Shown here: in pieces, positions 40,845 to 51,066 of the stretch
Layout of the letters: every line of letters starts with the position of its first letter
Position numbering within the stretch: position 1 is the stretch's first letter
Source of the DNA: an uncultured Saprospiraceae bacterium
GTDB taxonomy: Bacteria > Bacteroidota > Bacteroidia > Chitinophagales > Saprospiraceae
Direction: 5' to 3'
Assembly (NCBI GenBank): GCA_937951615.1
Contig: CALFBH010000004.1
Location: forward strand, 63,228-127,227
Length of the DNA: 64,000 nt
Position numbers and translations under genes: made by a program
Notes under the pieces: model-generated
The model's database searches: none
The model's input: only the letters and a program-made list of their open reading frames with translations
What the model was told of the DNA's origin: nothing

Positions 40845-42368
40845 TCAAACTCCCCTCGTCCTATCTGCGCCGTAATACCTATCCAGCATCAGTTGATAAT
40901 ATGGTTTTTTCAGGCTTTTGCTAGTCAGCCAGAGATTATAATTCAGCAATTCATTTGAACCAATTTCAAAATGGGTATATTGTTCTACAAATCGTTCAAT
41001 TTTCTTCTTGGTTTTTTCCTGTTTAACCGCATTGGGTTTGCTGATAAAGTCGCGCAATATTTCTAAAAACTCTTTCTGTTCGGCATAGCCTGGCAATCGA
41101 ATTTCTTTACTAAACCTTCTACGCAAATCTTTATAACGCACTTCTGCAAATTGATAATCTTCTGACTCTATCCTAAACACCACTTCCAAAATAGAAATGG
41201 TCAACTGAAGGTGAGGAGAAATACTTTTATAGTCTTTCGACACAATTACTTTCCCAATATAATCCAGACAAACATTGATATTCTGTTCATAAAAATAAAG
41301 CATGGACAGGTTGAGATAGATAGAAAAGAAACTTAAAATATCCCGGTATTTTTCAGCGTGCAATAAATCTTCCAACATACTAATCGCTTCCTGCGGTCTA
41401 CCTTGTATTATTCTCACCACCGTTTCAGACTGGTAATACAACCAGACATATTTATTATAAAAAACATGGTCAAACTCAGTTATGCTTCGCCCCAATTCCT
41501 GCGTAAAAGCAACGGTCTTATCCACTTCCCGAATACGACTAAAGGTATTCACCAGCCAGATCAGCATGATAATTTTTTCTTCATGATGTCGGTCAAATAC
41601 ACCATCTTTTTCAAACTCTTCATAACTTTGCATCAGATAATCTGCCAGTGTGTCGAATTCTCGTTTTTGCAATAAGATTTGCCGCGCACACTGATTAATT
41701 TTCAGCCTGAAAACAGGCTGTCGACTATCCGCAACAGACACCTGCATTTCTTCAAAAATAGCCTCCAGCATTTCTACTACTCCTTCTTCCTGTACAGAAA
41801 AATTGGACCGATGAAGCCGATAATTTAGTGTCGCTAATAAAGAATTGAAGTGTTGAATTTGCTCGTATTTTCGTTGTATAACCTGCTTTTTGTGGGTGTA
41901 AGGTGTTGGATCAAGATTGGAGTTAAAGTGACACAATTGAATTAATTTGTCATAAATAATATTCAATAGTCCATAAAGTTCATGGCTTAAAGCAAGTTTT
42001 TCTGCTTCTTTCAAATAGTGTTCAGCAATGCCATAGTCTGTTTTATCAATAAAAATATCGGATAAACGGATGTAGTTGTTCACCACAGTTTCTTCGTCTT
42101 TATCTTTATAAAACGACAATAAACTATGCTCTAAATCATGAAGCAGTCTATTTTTGAGCCTGTAATATGAATTGCGTTTATTTTTCTCAAAAAATTGCTG
42201 ACTAATGAGATCATCGTATTCATCAATTTTTTCTAATTTTAAAGTATTCAGGAGCTGTATGGTCTTTTTTTCCTGACCTTTTTGCAGAAAATTAGAATTT
42301 AATATCCTGTAATGACGGACCTCTTTCCCGCTCATCAGGCGAATAAAGTTAGTTAATAAATATTTCAT
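40845..42368 (-). CDS. Uncharacterised ~500-aa all-helical (TPR-like) cytoplasmic protein, paralog 2
   Basis: N-terminal LTNFIRLMSGKEVRHYR; NSYYRLKNRLLHDLEHSL; TPR-like AEHYLKEAEKLA; NYNLWLTSK. Confidence 0.75.
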   Translation of the reverse strand: MKYLLTNFIRLMSGKEVRHYRILNSNFLQKGQEKKTIQLLNTLKLEKIDEYDDLISQQFFEKNKRNSYYRLKNRLLHDLEHSLLSFYKDKDEETVVNNYIRLSDIFIDKTDYGIAEHYLKEAEKLALSHELYGLLNIIYDKLIQLCHFNSNLDPTPYTHKKQVIQRKYEQIQHFNSLLATLNYRLHRSNFSVQEEGVVEMLEAIFEEMQVSVADSRQPVFRLKINQCARQILLQKREFDTLADYLMQSYEEFEKDGVFDRHHEEKIIMLIWLVNTFSRIREVDKTVAFTQELGRSITEFDHVFYNKYVWLYYQSETVVRIIQGRPQEAISMLEDLLHAEKYRDILSFFSIYLNLSMLYFYEQNINVCLDYIGKVIVSKDYKSISPHLQLTISILEVVFRIESEDYQFAEVRYKDLRRRFSKEIRLPGYAEQKEFLEILRDFISKPNAVKQEKTKKKIERFVEQYTHFEIGSNELLNYNLWLTSKSLKKPYYQLMLDRYYGADRTRGV

Positions 42369-42505
42369 GTTTAGTTTTAGCCCGTAATTTTTACAGGTAA
42401 AAATAGCTAAATCGATTTAATTTTCTAAGTATATTGCGAATTAAATAGCCGAAACACCGTCTAAAATGTACTGTTTTGCTTTTACCAATTGAAAAAAATA
42501 ACAAA

Positions 42506-43285
42506 ATGAATAAGATAAAATGGATGCTACTTATGCTGATGAGCCTTATGCTTATTAGCCCTGCAATGGCGCAAATGAGTGGAGAAATTTATTTTGAAAT
42601 TGAATATGAAGAAGATGATGACGACGACGACGATGGACCAAGCGTTATTATCACAGGTGAACTTGTCAATACAGGGAATGTTGATATTGACATAGATATC
42701 GATCTGGGCGTATTTGTAAGCCAGAGCTTTCCTAATCCGCCTTTTGCTCCTGATCTGAATTATATCCTCGAGCTGGAAGATGATCCATTAGAGCCTGGTG
42801 AGGATACCGATTTTGAAATAGAATTGTTTGTCAATAATCCGGCTCACAAACTTATGGTTGGCACAAATAATATCATCACCATCTGGCCACTGAATGCAAC
42901 AGACATTATTACCATTTGGCCATTAACTGGCAGCATGCTGGGCTTTGGAGGCAGTAATGACTATGGCAGTGCTTCGATATTTGTACCTGAAAGCACCACT
43001 ACTACAAACATATTGAATTTCGGTGAGCTTGATAGAGTTACAACATTCCCTAGTCCATCAACAGGAGTATTTAATATTGACTTGACAAATGCTGAACTAA
43101 CAGGTGATTTCACCCTAGAAGTATATAATGCACAAGGCAAAAATGTAATGACCGAATTGCGTCAAATAAATAATTCTATTATGCAATTCAATTTAAGTCA
43201 TGTAGCACCAGACTTATATTTTATTAGCATCAAAGACAGTAATGGTATATTAAAATACCAGAGCAATCTTATCATCACCCAATAA
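42506..43285 (+). CDS. Small acidic T9SS type-A cargo protein
   Basis: Signal peptide ..PAMA-Q; poly-Asp; duplicated IITIWPL; CTD TFPSPSTGVFNI..VYNAQGK..LYFI. Confidence 0.82.
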   Translation: MNKIKWMLLMLMSLMLISPAMAQMSGEIYFEIEYEEDDDDDDDGPSVIITGELVNTGNVDIDIDIDLGVFVSQSFPNPPFAPDLNYILELEDDPLEPGEDTDFEIELFVNNPAHKLMVGTNNIITIWPLNATDIITIWPLTGSMLGFGGSNDYGSASIFVPESTTTTNILNFGELDRVTTFPSPSTGVFNIDLTNAELTGDFTLEVYNAQGKNVMTELRQINNSIMQFNLSHVAPDLYFISIKDSNGILKYQSNLIITQ

Positions 43286-43337
43286 TAGCATTATAACTTC
43301 CTTGAATCCAAACAAATAAACAAGTAAAATAATGCGG

Positions 43338-43366
43338 AGGGTAGAGATTTTTCTCTACCCTTTTTT
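43338..43366 (+). terminator. Intrinsic terminator
   Basis: AGGGTAGAGA-tttt-TCTCTACCCT followed by a T-tract. Confidence 0.8.
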
Positions 43367-43380
43367 ATGTATATGTATCC

Positions 43381-43664
43381 ATTAAAAAAGAGAGCAGTCT
43401 GCGTTTTACACTACAGTATTGCTCTCCTATTTTTCAAACCTTATAATAACAAATCTCATAAAACAAGAAGGGGACTTTTTCTTAATCCGAAAAAAGTAAG
43501 ACCAGCTTTACCTCATTGTCCCAAAGTAATCACTGGCCTTCCCTGTCCTAGTATCTAACTTTAAGAGAACTAACAAATCTCATTTTAAGCATTGTGGTAT
43601 GGCTCACAAACTGCCAGGACAAACATCCCAGCAGTTTTGTGAAGGTACTATGAAAAGAATTTTT
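43381..43664 (-). ncRNA. Putative structured ncRNA, copy A (may extend to about 43860)
   Basis: Shares a 22-nt block, a GGGACAAU-loop hairpin and a terminator hairpin with 45681-45954; G-U pairs favour the minus strand. Confidence 0.6.
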
Positions 43665-44017
43665 ATAAAACAGGAAGTCTCTACAAGCATGCGAATAATC
43701 AATTCCGGTATACTTCAGCTAACGCACACAATCTATTGTAACTAATAACTTTCCGCGCATAACTTGCAGAGACTTTAATCTGGTTTATGCTTAAACCAAA
43801 TCACTTCCTTTTTTCATTGCTCATGAATATGAAACAAACTTACTTACTATTTTCTATAAATATTGTGCAAAAGATAGCAATCTATTACGGCTTATAATTT
43901 CACATAACACAAACAACCATTTGTATCTAACTGTAATAAAAAATACTAGGTCGCAGACAGCAACAGGTGGATTGTAAAAAGTTACAGCTTAAAACTGTTT
44001 AACGAATATGTAAATCA

Positions 44018-45670
44018 TCACAATTCCCCCTTGTCACCAAGAATGATGACCATACCGTCTTCAGTTTGTTTGTGAAGCAATTCTACAAGATTAGAAATAA
44101 TAATGGGCGGAATATTATCGAAAGGATTTTCTATAACTAAAATTGGTTTCTCGGTCAATAAAGCCCGAACATATTGCAAAATACGTTCCTGACTAGCAGA
44201 TAGTCGGCTCCCAAATTCGCCAATTTTATCTTTCGCAAAAAGCGTTTGATTGACAGGTAATCCGCGCTGCATTTGCGCCAGCATTTCCTCTACTTTTGGT
44301 AAACGACTCTTATCTAAGCTATACGATACTGCTTCAAAAACGTCTTTACCCAATAAAGGAAAAGAAGCAGAAACAACCGCCATACAACGTCGAAGTGATT
44401 TCAGTGAAATATTTTCCTGATTTGTTTTTCCAATCAGAATTTTGCCCGAATCTGGTTGATACAAACCCAGCAGCAACTTAATAAGAGCAGGCTTTCCAAG
44501 CGGAATATCCAGCACATTAATCTGATTCAATTCAAAACGAGCATCAAGCTGACTAAACACAGGCGTACTCGCATGATGCGGCGTAAATGTCAGCCCTTTC
44601 AATTCGACTGGATAAGCACGTTTGCGAATATTTTCTGTCCCCGGTGACTCGATAGGCAGGTTCAAAACAATCAGCAGTTTTTGAAAAGAAATATTGCCCA
44701 GTTCCCAGGTGACAGGTGTGCGTAAAATACGCCGAAAAACAGGTAAGACCGTAATGAGCAACAGAATGACACTCAGCAATACACCTTCCTCCAACTCGCC
44801 CCTCCCCTGCTGTTTTTGCCACAAAACATACCATAATACTGCAGCAATCATCAGGTATAATAAAGTAGGCACCAGAATGAAAATCAGGCTATAAATTCGC
44901 TGATAGTCAATCCCCAAGCCCAACAAACGTACCGTGCGCTTGCGAAACCTTTTCATCTCCGGCTCAAAACGATTGAAGGCCTTGATGGTCTCCATTGCTT
45001 TGAATCGCCCATTGATAAAACCCAATAAACCAGATGTTTTATTTCGCTTTTGCAAACTTGCTTTGTGCAAAGGAATATTCAGCACATAAACCAGTCCTGT
45101 CGTCACCAACCACAAAGCACATACAATCCAACCAATACCTGTATTGATAAAAAACAAGGCAACTAAAGTCAAGGTCAATAACACGATATCAACAGCAAAC
45201 CTTAGCGTACCTTTTGTAAAATAATTTCGAATACTTTTTAAGTCACCACTGTATCGCAACAAATAACGTCCAATGCCTTTTTCATCATAAATATTTGTGT
45301 GTAATTCCAATTGGCGAGCATACAGCGTATCGCGTATATCGTGTACAAATAATTCGCCCAGGCGGGCAATAGAAAATCGTTCGACAAAATGAAAAATGGC
45401 TTTCAGCACAATGAGTCCTAGTAATAAGCGGAGGTAAGCCTGCGGAGTAGCAACATCAAAAAAAGGAAGATGCTTCAAGAATTGAGCCCGTACTGCCCGC
45501 ATCTCAAAAACCAACTCATAGTATTTACCAAAACTCACCGGAATTAAAATGGTCAGTAGACTTGACACCAGCCCCGCCAGTCCTGCTATGGCAATCGCCA
45601 CAGGGTGCTGCTGGACAAACTGAAGGATCAGTGCCTTTTTGGAAAAAGAAGAGGACGCAGGTGCTGGCAT
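44018..45670 (-). CDS. ABC exporter-type fused TMD-NBD with a degenerate ATPase site
   Basis: Six-TM exporter domain; Walker A replaced by LDIPLGKPA, signature LSASQER, Walker B ILVIENP, no H-loop. Confidence 0.8.
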   Translation of the reverse strand: MPAPASSSFSKKALILQFVQQHPVAIAIAGLAGLVSSLLTILIPVSFGKYYELVFEMRAVRAQFLKHLPFFDVATPQAYLRLLLGLIVLKAIFHFVERFSIARLGELFVHDIRDTLYARQLELHTNIYDEKGIGRYLLRYSGDLKSIRNYFTKGTLRFAVDIVLLTLTLVALFFINTGIGWIVCALWLVTTGLVYVLNIPLHKASLQKRNKTSGLLGFINGRFKAMETIKAFNRFEPEMKRFRKRTVRLLGLGIDYQRIYSLIFILVPTLLYLMIAAVLWYVLWQKQQGRGELEEGVLLSVILLLITVLPVFRRILRTPVTWELGNISFQKLLIVLNLPIESPGTENIRKRAYPVELKGLTFTPHHASTPVFSQLDARFELNQINVLDIPLGKPALIKLLLGLYQPDSGKILIGKTNQENISLKSLRRCMAVVSASFPLLGKDVFEAVSYSLDKSRLPKVEEMLAQMQRGLPVNQTLFAKDKIGEFGSRLSASQERILQYVRALLTEKPILVIENPFDNIPPIIISNLVELLHKQTEDGMVIILGDKGEL

Positions 45671-45680
45671 TTATTCTTAT

Positions 45681-45954
45681 ATTAAAAAAGAGCAGTCCCA
45701 TGCTTATGATGCACAGTACTGCTCGAAAACCTAACAAATATTAGCCCTAGAAAACACTAATAAAGCAAGCTTAGGAATTAGAAAACAGAACCAATATCTC
45801 ATGCTCATTGTCCCGAAACACAGACATCAATCTACTATCACATTCATTCTCAAAATTAACTAACGATTTTTCATTCCAATTATTCAAAGTCTATCGGGAA
45901 ATTTCACCCTCCCGATAGAGCAATGAATTTAGGTACTATGAAAAGAATTTTTTT
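45681..45954 (-). ncRNA. Putative structured ncRNA/leader, copy B
   Basis: Fills the intergenic gap between the DUF1611-like gene and the ABC gene; homologous architecture to copy A. Confidence 0.6.
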
Positions 45955-45970
45955 CGTAATCTTCTGCAGT

Positions 45971-47020
45971 TCATCCTGCTTTAGCCAGTAGACTAGACTG
46001 GTGATGCGAAGGGCGTAAATGATTGAGGACAGCTTCTTCTTTCAAATCATCTAAATTCAAAATCGGCTGTGACACTGAAGGTCGAACCTCATCTACCAGC
46101 ATTGGGCTTGCTGTAAATATTCCACTAATCGCAAAAGGCGTGAGTCCCATTTTTTCTAAAACATCCAGTCCGCCCAATGCTCCCAAACTATCTCCAGTAG
46201 AAAGAATAATGTAATCAAAACTTCTCCTAAAATCTGGATCCGTAAGGAGTAAATGCGTTTCGCGCTGCAACAAACCATCTGCTATTTCTACCACAACATA
46301 CTCTGGGTCTGCTTTTGCAACTTGTCGCATCAAGTGATTATATAAAGCCATCAATTCCGGCTTATCACATAAAAAAGTAGAAGGAAATCCAACGTCTGAA
46401 AAATCCAGCACATGATCAGCATCACAAGAAGCCACGAAGTCTTTGTCTTTAGTAAATACCGTTCCAGTAAACTTCACATAAGATGCACGTTTTCCGGCAT
46501 TCTGTAAGCCGCGCACGAGAAAACCTGCAGTTGTTGTCTTACCGCTATCCATACTTGACCCTACCGACAAAATGACTTTGAAAGGCGGGCGTACGAACTC
46601 TTTAGCAGGCAGAATCTTATGCTTAGTATTCAAGATTTGCCCTTCATGATCGCTTGCAAAACCTACAAATTCGACGGTGGTCGGTCCGATATCTTCGGCA
46701 TTAGCATGTGTCTGTTTCACCACACCAACTACACCGCCCTTACCCAAAATATGATACTCCATACGAAAAGCCACCGGCACCTCTCCACGAAACACAACAG
46801 TCGCATAACGATTGCCAAATGCACCCATAAAATAATCTCCTTCAAACAAAGTAACGTTTCTACCATGCGCTCCTTGAAGCGTTTTGTGTTTGCCCAGTTG
46901 TTTGACTTTAAAAATCCCAACATCGCCTGCTTTTGGAAGCGTGTTTCGAGACAAATGTTCGTTGATTTGGAAGTCGCCAATTTCTTTGCAAATAATTGCT
47001 TTTTTAATCTTGTCTTTCAT
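45971..47020 (-). CDS. DUF1611-like P-loop NTPase-domain protein
   Basis: GAFGNRYAT, VGSSMDSGKTT, KFTGT, DFSDVGFPST, VEIADGLLQRET. Confidence 0.78.
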   Translation of the reverse strand: MKDKIKKAIICKEIGDFQINEHLSRNTLPKAGDVGIFKVKQLGKHKTLQGAHGRNVTLFEGDYFMGAFGNRYATVVFRGEVPVAFRMEYHILGKGGVVGVVKQTHANAEDIGPTTVEFVGFASDHEGQILNTKHKILPAKEFVRPPFKVILSVGSSMDSGKTTTAGFLVRGLQNAGKRASYVKFTGTVFTKDKDFVASCDADHVLDFSDVGFPSTFLCDKPELMALYNHLMRQVAKADPEYVVVEIADGLLQRETHLLLTDPDFRRSFDYIILSTGDSLGALGGLDVLEKMGLTPFAISGIFTASPMLVDEVRPSVSQPILNLDDLKEEAVLNHLRPSHHQSSLLAKAG

Positions 47021-47046
47021 GTCTATTCTATGTTTAGGTGAGAAGC

Positions 47047-47811
47047 TTAGTATGTTTTTAATCGAACCTGCGCACTCAGTCCAAGTACCCAGTAATTGCT
47101 AAATTTATTCCTTGTCTTGCTACTTTGGGGGCGAGTGGTATTCAGTTGATGTTGCTTACTTAGATTAAATTCTTTTTGTAATAATCCGTATAATTTAAAA
47201 TGAACGTATCGGCTAGGTCGGCAATGTATTCCTGTTGTCCAGCGAACCCGGTGAAAGCCATTCGGCGCAAATTCACCTATTACTTTATCTGATTCATCAT
47301 ATTGTTCTATAATCTGTCCACCCTGAAAATAATAAGCCCGTATAGCTGTATAAGGCGCGATAGCAAAGGGTTTGCGCAGGAGTGTTTTTTTCCACCGCAG
47401 GGCATAACTTAATCGCCAACCATATTTTTTCAGGTGAGGAAAAAATTTCTCTGTCGTCAGGTATTGTCGAAAGGGCGAACCCTTAAAGCGATAAGAGACT
47501 TCTGCCAAGGCCCGATGACTGACCGTTGGATTATTGGAGTGCGTCATTCCGCGTACATAAGCTGCAGTGATGTAGTAACGCTTATTGGGTGCATAACTCG
47601 CATAAGCTTTAATTTGATCATACTTCAACGATTGCTGCGTGAAACTATGAGCTAAAAAATAGCTCGCATTCAAGGAGAGTTTTTTGTGTACCCGAACTTT
47701 CATACCTGTTGAAGCCCAAAGTCGAAACTCACCAGACTGCGCGGCTATGCTTACTGCAAGGCTACACAATAATATCAGACTGCTTATTTTTTTCATTGTT
47801 CTTGTATTCAT
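47047..47811 (-). CDS. Outer-membrane beta-barrel protein (DUF2490-like)
   Basis: Signal peptide ..IAA-Q; alternating beta-strand pattern; terminal aromatic residue. TAAATTTG -7 element at 47820-47827 (minus). Confidence 0.65.
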   Translation of the reverse strand: MNTRTMKKISSLILLCSLAVSIAAQSGEFRLWASTGMKVRVHKKLSLNASYFLAHSFTQQSLKYDQIKAYASYAPNKRYYITAAYVRGMTHSNNPTVSHRALAEVSYRFKGSPFRQYLTTEKFFPHLKKYGWRLSYALRWKKTLLRKPFAIAPYTAIRAYYFQGGQIIEQYDESDKVIGEFAPNGFHRVRWTTGIHCRPSRYVHFKLYGLLQKEFNLSKQHQLNTTRPQSSKTRNKFSNYWVLGLSAQVRLKTY

Positions 47812-48069
47812 TACAAAAGCAAATTTACCTGCTATTTTAAAATAATGTTCGTGAAAAGACCTATATTTATTACAGGCTCAAAATTTAAAAAACATATTAC
47901 TCATCAATAAAACCAAAACAATACTCAATAAAAAAGCGCATTAATAACAATATTAAAGAGTTATAAAATTACATGCTAGAAGTGTTTAAGGCTTTATTAA
48001 AACTTTCAGTTTTTACTTACCTTGTGACATAACAGTTCAATTTTTCCTTTTTTTAAATAAAAAAACAGA

Positions 48070-49227
48070 ATGTCTAATACACAAAAAACATTGCTCTTGC
48101 TGTCTTTTAATCTGTTTGCAATTGCATCTTGTACAGTTTCTAAGTTGCCCGATAAAAATGTGAAGACTCAAACTCTGGAAATTATTTTTGGTGGAGATAT
48201 TGATTTTGGAGATCGCTATCATTTACATAAAAACGGACATGTAAAAAACTGTATCCTTAAAGAAAAAGGTTATGCGAATAGCTTCGACAGCATAAGTCCA
48301 CTACTACATTCTACTGAACTCCTCGTGGCAAATTTAGAAACACCTATTTCCGGACAGATAGAAAAAAACCCATTGGAAGGAAAGAAGAAATATTTACACT
48401 GGTGTCAAGCAGAAGAAGCAGTTGCTGTTTTGGAAAAATTTGATTTTGATTACCTGAGCCTTGCGAATAATCATTCTTTAGACCAGGGTATAGCAGGTAT
48501 AGAAACTACATTTAATCACCTGACAACTGCTAATATTGAATATTTTGGTGCTGGAAAAACAGCGGACGAGGCTTCAAAGCCAATGATAATAGAAGATGAA
48601 ATTACTGGAAGAAAGCTATACATTTTAGGCGGCTTTCAATACAGGAGCAAGTACAGACGTGTATATGATTTTTATGCCACCGCAGACAAAACAGGCGTTA
48701 ATAAATGGACTAAAAAAGAAGCTGAACGCCAAATCAAGCAAATAAAAGAAACAGACCCTACTGGTTTTATTATAGCTTTTCCGCATTGGGGCGAAAATTA
48801 TAAATGGAAAGATGAAAAACAAGAAGCACTGGGCGCAGTTCTCATTGATGCAGGTGCAGATTTAGTCATCGGTCATGGAACCCACAAATTTCAGGAAATA
48901 GAACAGGTAAAGGGTAAATGGATTTTTTACAACTTAGGCAATCTCGTCATGAACTCCACCGGCAGATATGAGCAGGAAAATGCCATGCCTTATAGTTTTA
49001 TTCTAAAATTGAAATTGGTGCGTACTCAGTCCGGAATTGAAATTGAATCAAACATATACCCAATCGTGAGTAATAACAAACTTACAGCTTATCAACCCCA
49101 TTTTGTTTCTAAAATAGAGATGGAATTATTGAAATCAACATTAATTGAAAAAACAGCTTCACTCAGAAAAAAAATAAAAATCAGACAGGATGATATTGGA
49201 TATTTTTTTAGCTTAAAGCTGAATTAA
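48070..49227 (+). CDS. CapA/PGA_cap family metallophosphoesterase lipoprotein
   Basis: Lipobox IASC; GGDI, ANLETP, SLANNHSLD, PHWG, IGHGTH, YNLGN. Confidence 0.9.
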   Translation: MSNTQKTLLLLSFNLFAIASCTVSKLPDKNVKTQTLEIIFGGDIDFGDRYHLHKNGHVKNCILKEKGYANSFDSISPLLHSTELLVANLETPISGQIEKNPLEGKKKYLHWCQAEEAVAVLEKFDFDYLSLANNHSLDQGIAGIETTFNHLTTANIEYFGAGKTADEASKPMIIEDEITGRKLYILGGFQYRSKYRRVYDFYATADKTGVNKWTKKEAERQIKQIKETDPTGFIIAFPHWGENYKWKDEKQEALGAVLIDAGADLVIGHGTHKFQEIEQVKGKWIFYNLGNLVMNSTGRYEQENAMPYSFILKLKLVRTQSGIEIESNIYPIVSNNKLTAYQPHFVSKIEMELLKSTLIEKTASLRKKIKIRQDDIGYFFSLKLN

Positions 49228-49244
49228 GTTTGTGTTTACTGCGT

Positions 49245-50117
49245 TCAAATATGACGCTCCGCATGATAGGAAGAGCGTACCAGCGGCCCACTTTCTACAT
49301 AATCAAAACCTTTTTTCAGCCCAACTTCCTTATACATCGCAAAAGTATCAGGGTGGACAAAAGACTCCACATTCAGGTGCAGCTTGGTCGGTTGTAGGTA
49401 CTGACCAATCGTGAGGACATCGCAGCCATGGGCTACTAGATCATCCATGATAGCTAATACTTCTTCGTCTGTTTCTCCTAAGCCGACCATGATGCCGGAT
49501 TTAGTGCGTTTGCCATAAGATTTGGTGCGTTGGATTTGTTCGAGACTTCGGTCGTATTTGGCTTGTGGACGTACTTTTCTATATAGACTTTTGACCGTTT
49601 CCATATTATGAGAAACGACTTCTTGTCCAGGGCTTATCATCGTTTCCAATGCTTCCCAATTAGCACGTACATCTGGAATTAGTGTTTCAATAGTCGTATC
49701 GGGTGATAGGTTTTTGACTTCCTGTACTGTAGCATGCCAAATCGCTGCACCTCGGTCTTTCAGCTCATCCCGATTGACAGAAGTGATGACGGCATGTTTG
49801 ACACCCATTAGTTTGATGGCTTCGGCTACTCGATAGGGTTCATCTTCGTCGTATTCATTTGGTCGCCCGGTTTTCACTGCACAAAACGAACAGGAACGGG
49901 TGCAGGTATTTCCCAAAATCATAAAAGTCGCTGTACCTTCTCCCCAACATTCGCCCATATTCGGACAATGCCCACTTTGACATATCGTATTCAGTTTATA
50001 CTCATCAACAATATTCCGCACATTGCGATACGTTTCTCCCATCGGAAGTTTTACGCGCAACCAATCGGGCTTTTTTTTCCGCTCTTCTTTTCTATCTACT
50101 ACTGGTAAGTCTATCAT
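49245..50117 (-). CDS. lipA: Lipoyl synthase
   Basis: [40 protein letters not shown]. Confidence 0.97.
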   Translation of the reverse strand: MIDLPVVDRKEERKKKPDWLRVKLPMGETYRNVRNIVDEYKLNTICQSGHCPNMGECWGEGTATFMILGNTCTRSCSFCAVKTGRPNEYDEDEPYRVAEAIKLMGVKHAVITSVNRDELKDRGAAIWHATVQEVKNLSPDTTIETLIPDVRANWEALETMISPGQEVVSHNMETVKSLYRKVRPQAKYDRSLEQIQRTKSYGKRTKSGIMVGLGETDEEVLAIMDDLVAHGCDVLTIGQYLQPTKLHLNVESFVHPDTFAMYKEVGLKKGFDYVESGPLVRSSYHAERHI

Positions 50118-50253
50118 TTTCTTTTATTGAGTGTGTTGGGGGTTGGGTGTATTGGGGTATTGGGGTGATTGGGGTGATTGGGGTGATTGGGTAATTGAAT
50201 ATTTGTAACTAGCAATTCGTAATTAACCCATTCATAATTCGTAATTAAATACA

Positions 50254-51015
50254 TCACCATCTTTTCCCTAATTGCAAAGCGATGTATACCGTTGGGAAAA
50301 TAGCTTTATTGTCTTCCGTCAGCATAATCGGGACAGCTTCTGTATAAACATCCAGCATCACGCCCATTTCCAGTGCTTTTATAAAATGATTATACGCACC
50401 CCAGTCAAAATTTAATCCAGCTTTTGCAAAACCGCCCGGCACAATACCCAACTCTCCAAAACCAGACAGAAAACCCGTTGCACCACGCACGCAAGCCGGA
50501 TTCAAAAAGCAGGAACGATTTTCTTCGCTGTATGATTGAGAAACCACCCCATCCAATACTTTTAAATCCAAATAATACGGCTTAGTAATGCCCAAAGAAG
50601 GACCGATGGCATAGGAAAACCCAACTGCAACACCTTGCTTTCTCGCTTTGTCGGAAAAATACAACTTTCCGCCATAACCAACATGAATACCGTAAAAACT
50701 ATTTTGTTTTCCGAAAGCATAACTGTGAGAGGCATTTGTAAACGGACCACTTACGGCTCCACTCCCCTGCTGTTTTACTTCCCGATGATGCCGCAAAGAT
50801 ACGACTTCAAAACGTAAAAGATGGGTAAATCTGAGTTGTTTGACAATGCCATAATCCACCCCGATACCCATACCCGCAGAATGTCCTGCCACTGAAAAAA
50901 TCAATTCATTACTCAGTTTTGAATCTGCGTAGGTTTCTGTCTGTGCCATTATATTAGAGGCCGCCAAACAAATAAGCAGAATGAGGTGTATTGTTATTTT
51001 TATAAAAATATGCAT
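50254..51015 (-). CDS. Conserved Bacteroidota outer-membrane hypothetical protein
   Basis: Signal peptide; FGKQNSF, KPYYL; C-terminal LQLGKRW. Confidence 0.7.
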   Translation of the reverse strand: MHIFIKITIHLILLICLAASNIMAQTETYADSKLSNELIFSVAGHSAGMGIGVDYGIVKQLRFTHLLRFEVVSLRHHREVKQQGSGAVSGPFTNASHSYAFGKQNSFYGIHVGYGGKLYFSDKARKQGVAVGFSYAIGPSLGITKPYYLDLKVLDGVVSQSYSEENRSCFLNPACVRGATGFLSGFGELGIVPGGFAKAGLNFDWGAYNHFIKALEMGVMLDVYTEAVPIMLTEDNKAIFPTVYIALQLGKRW

Positions 51016-51066
51016 GCTTTAGTTTTTACTCAGTAATGGTAAAAAAATAAGTTCCCTATTTCAGGT

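Noticed and set aside
43367..43558. 63-aa plus-strand ORF, and a 28-aa minus-strand ORF (MLVETSCF..) at about 43604-43690
   Set aside because: Both overlap hairpins of the RNA-like element, and neither frame is preserved in copy B.
45936..45974. Micro-ORF MNCRRLRKKFFS* ending in the conserved TTCTTTTCATAG, overlapping the DUF1611-like stop
   Set aside because: In copy A the same frame has TAA two codons upstream of FFS, so the motif is conserved as nucleotide sequence, not as a peptide.
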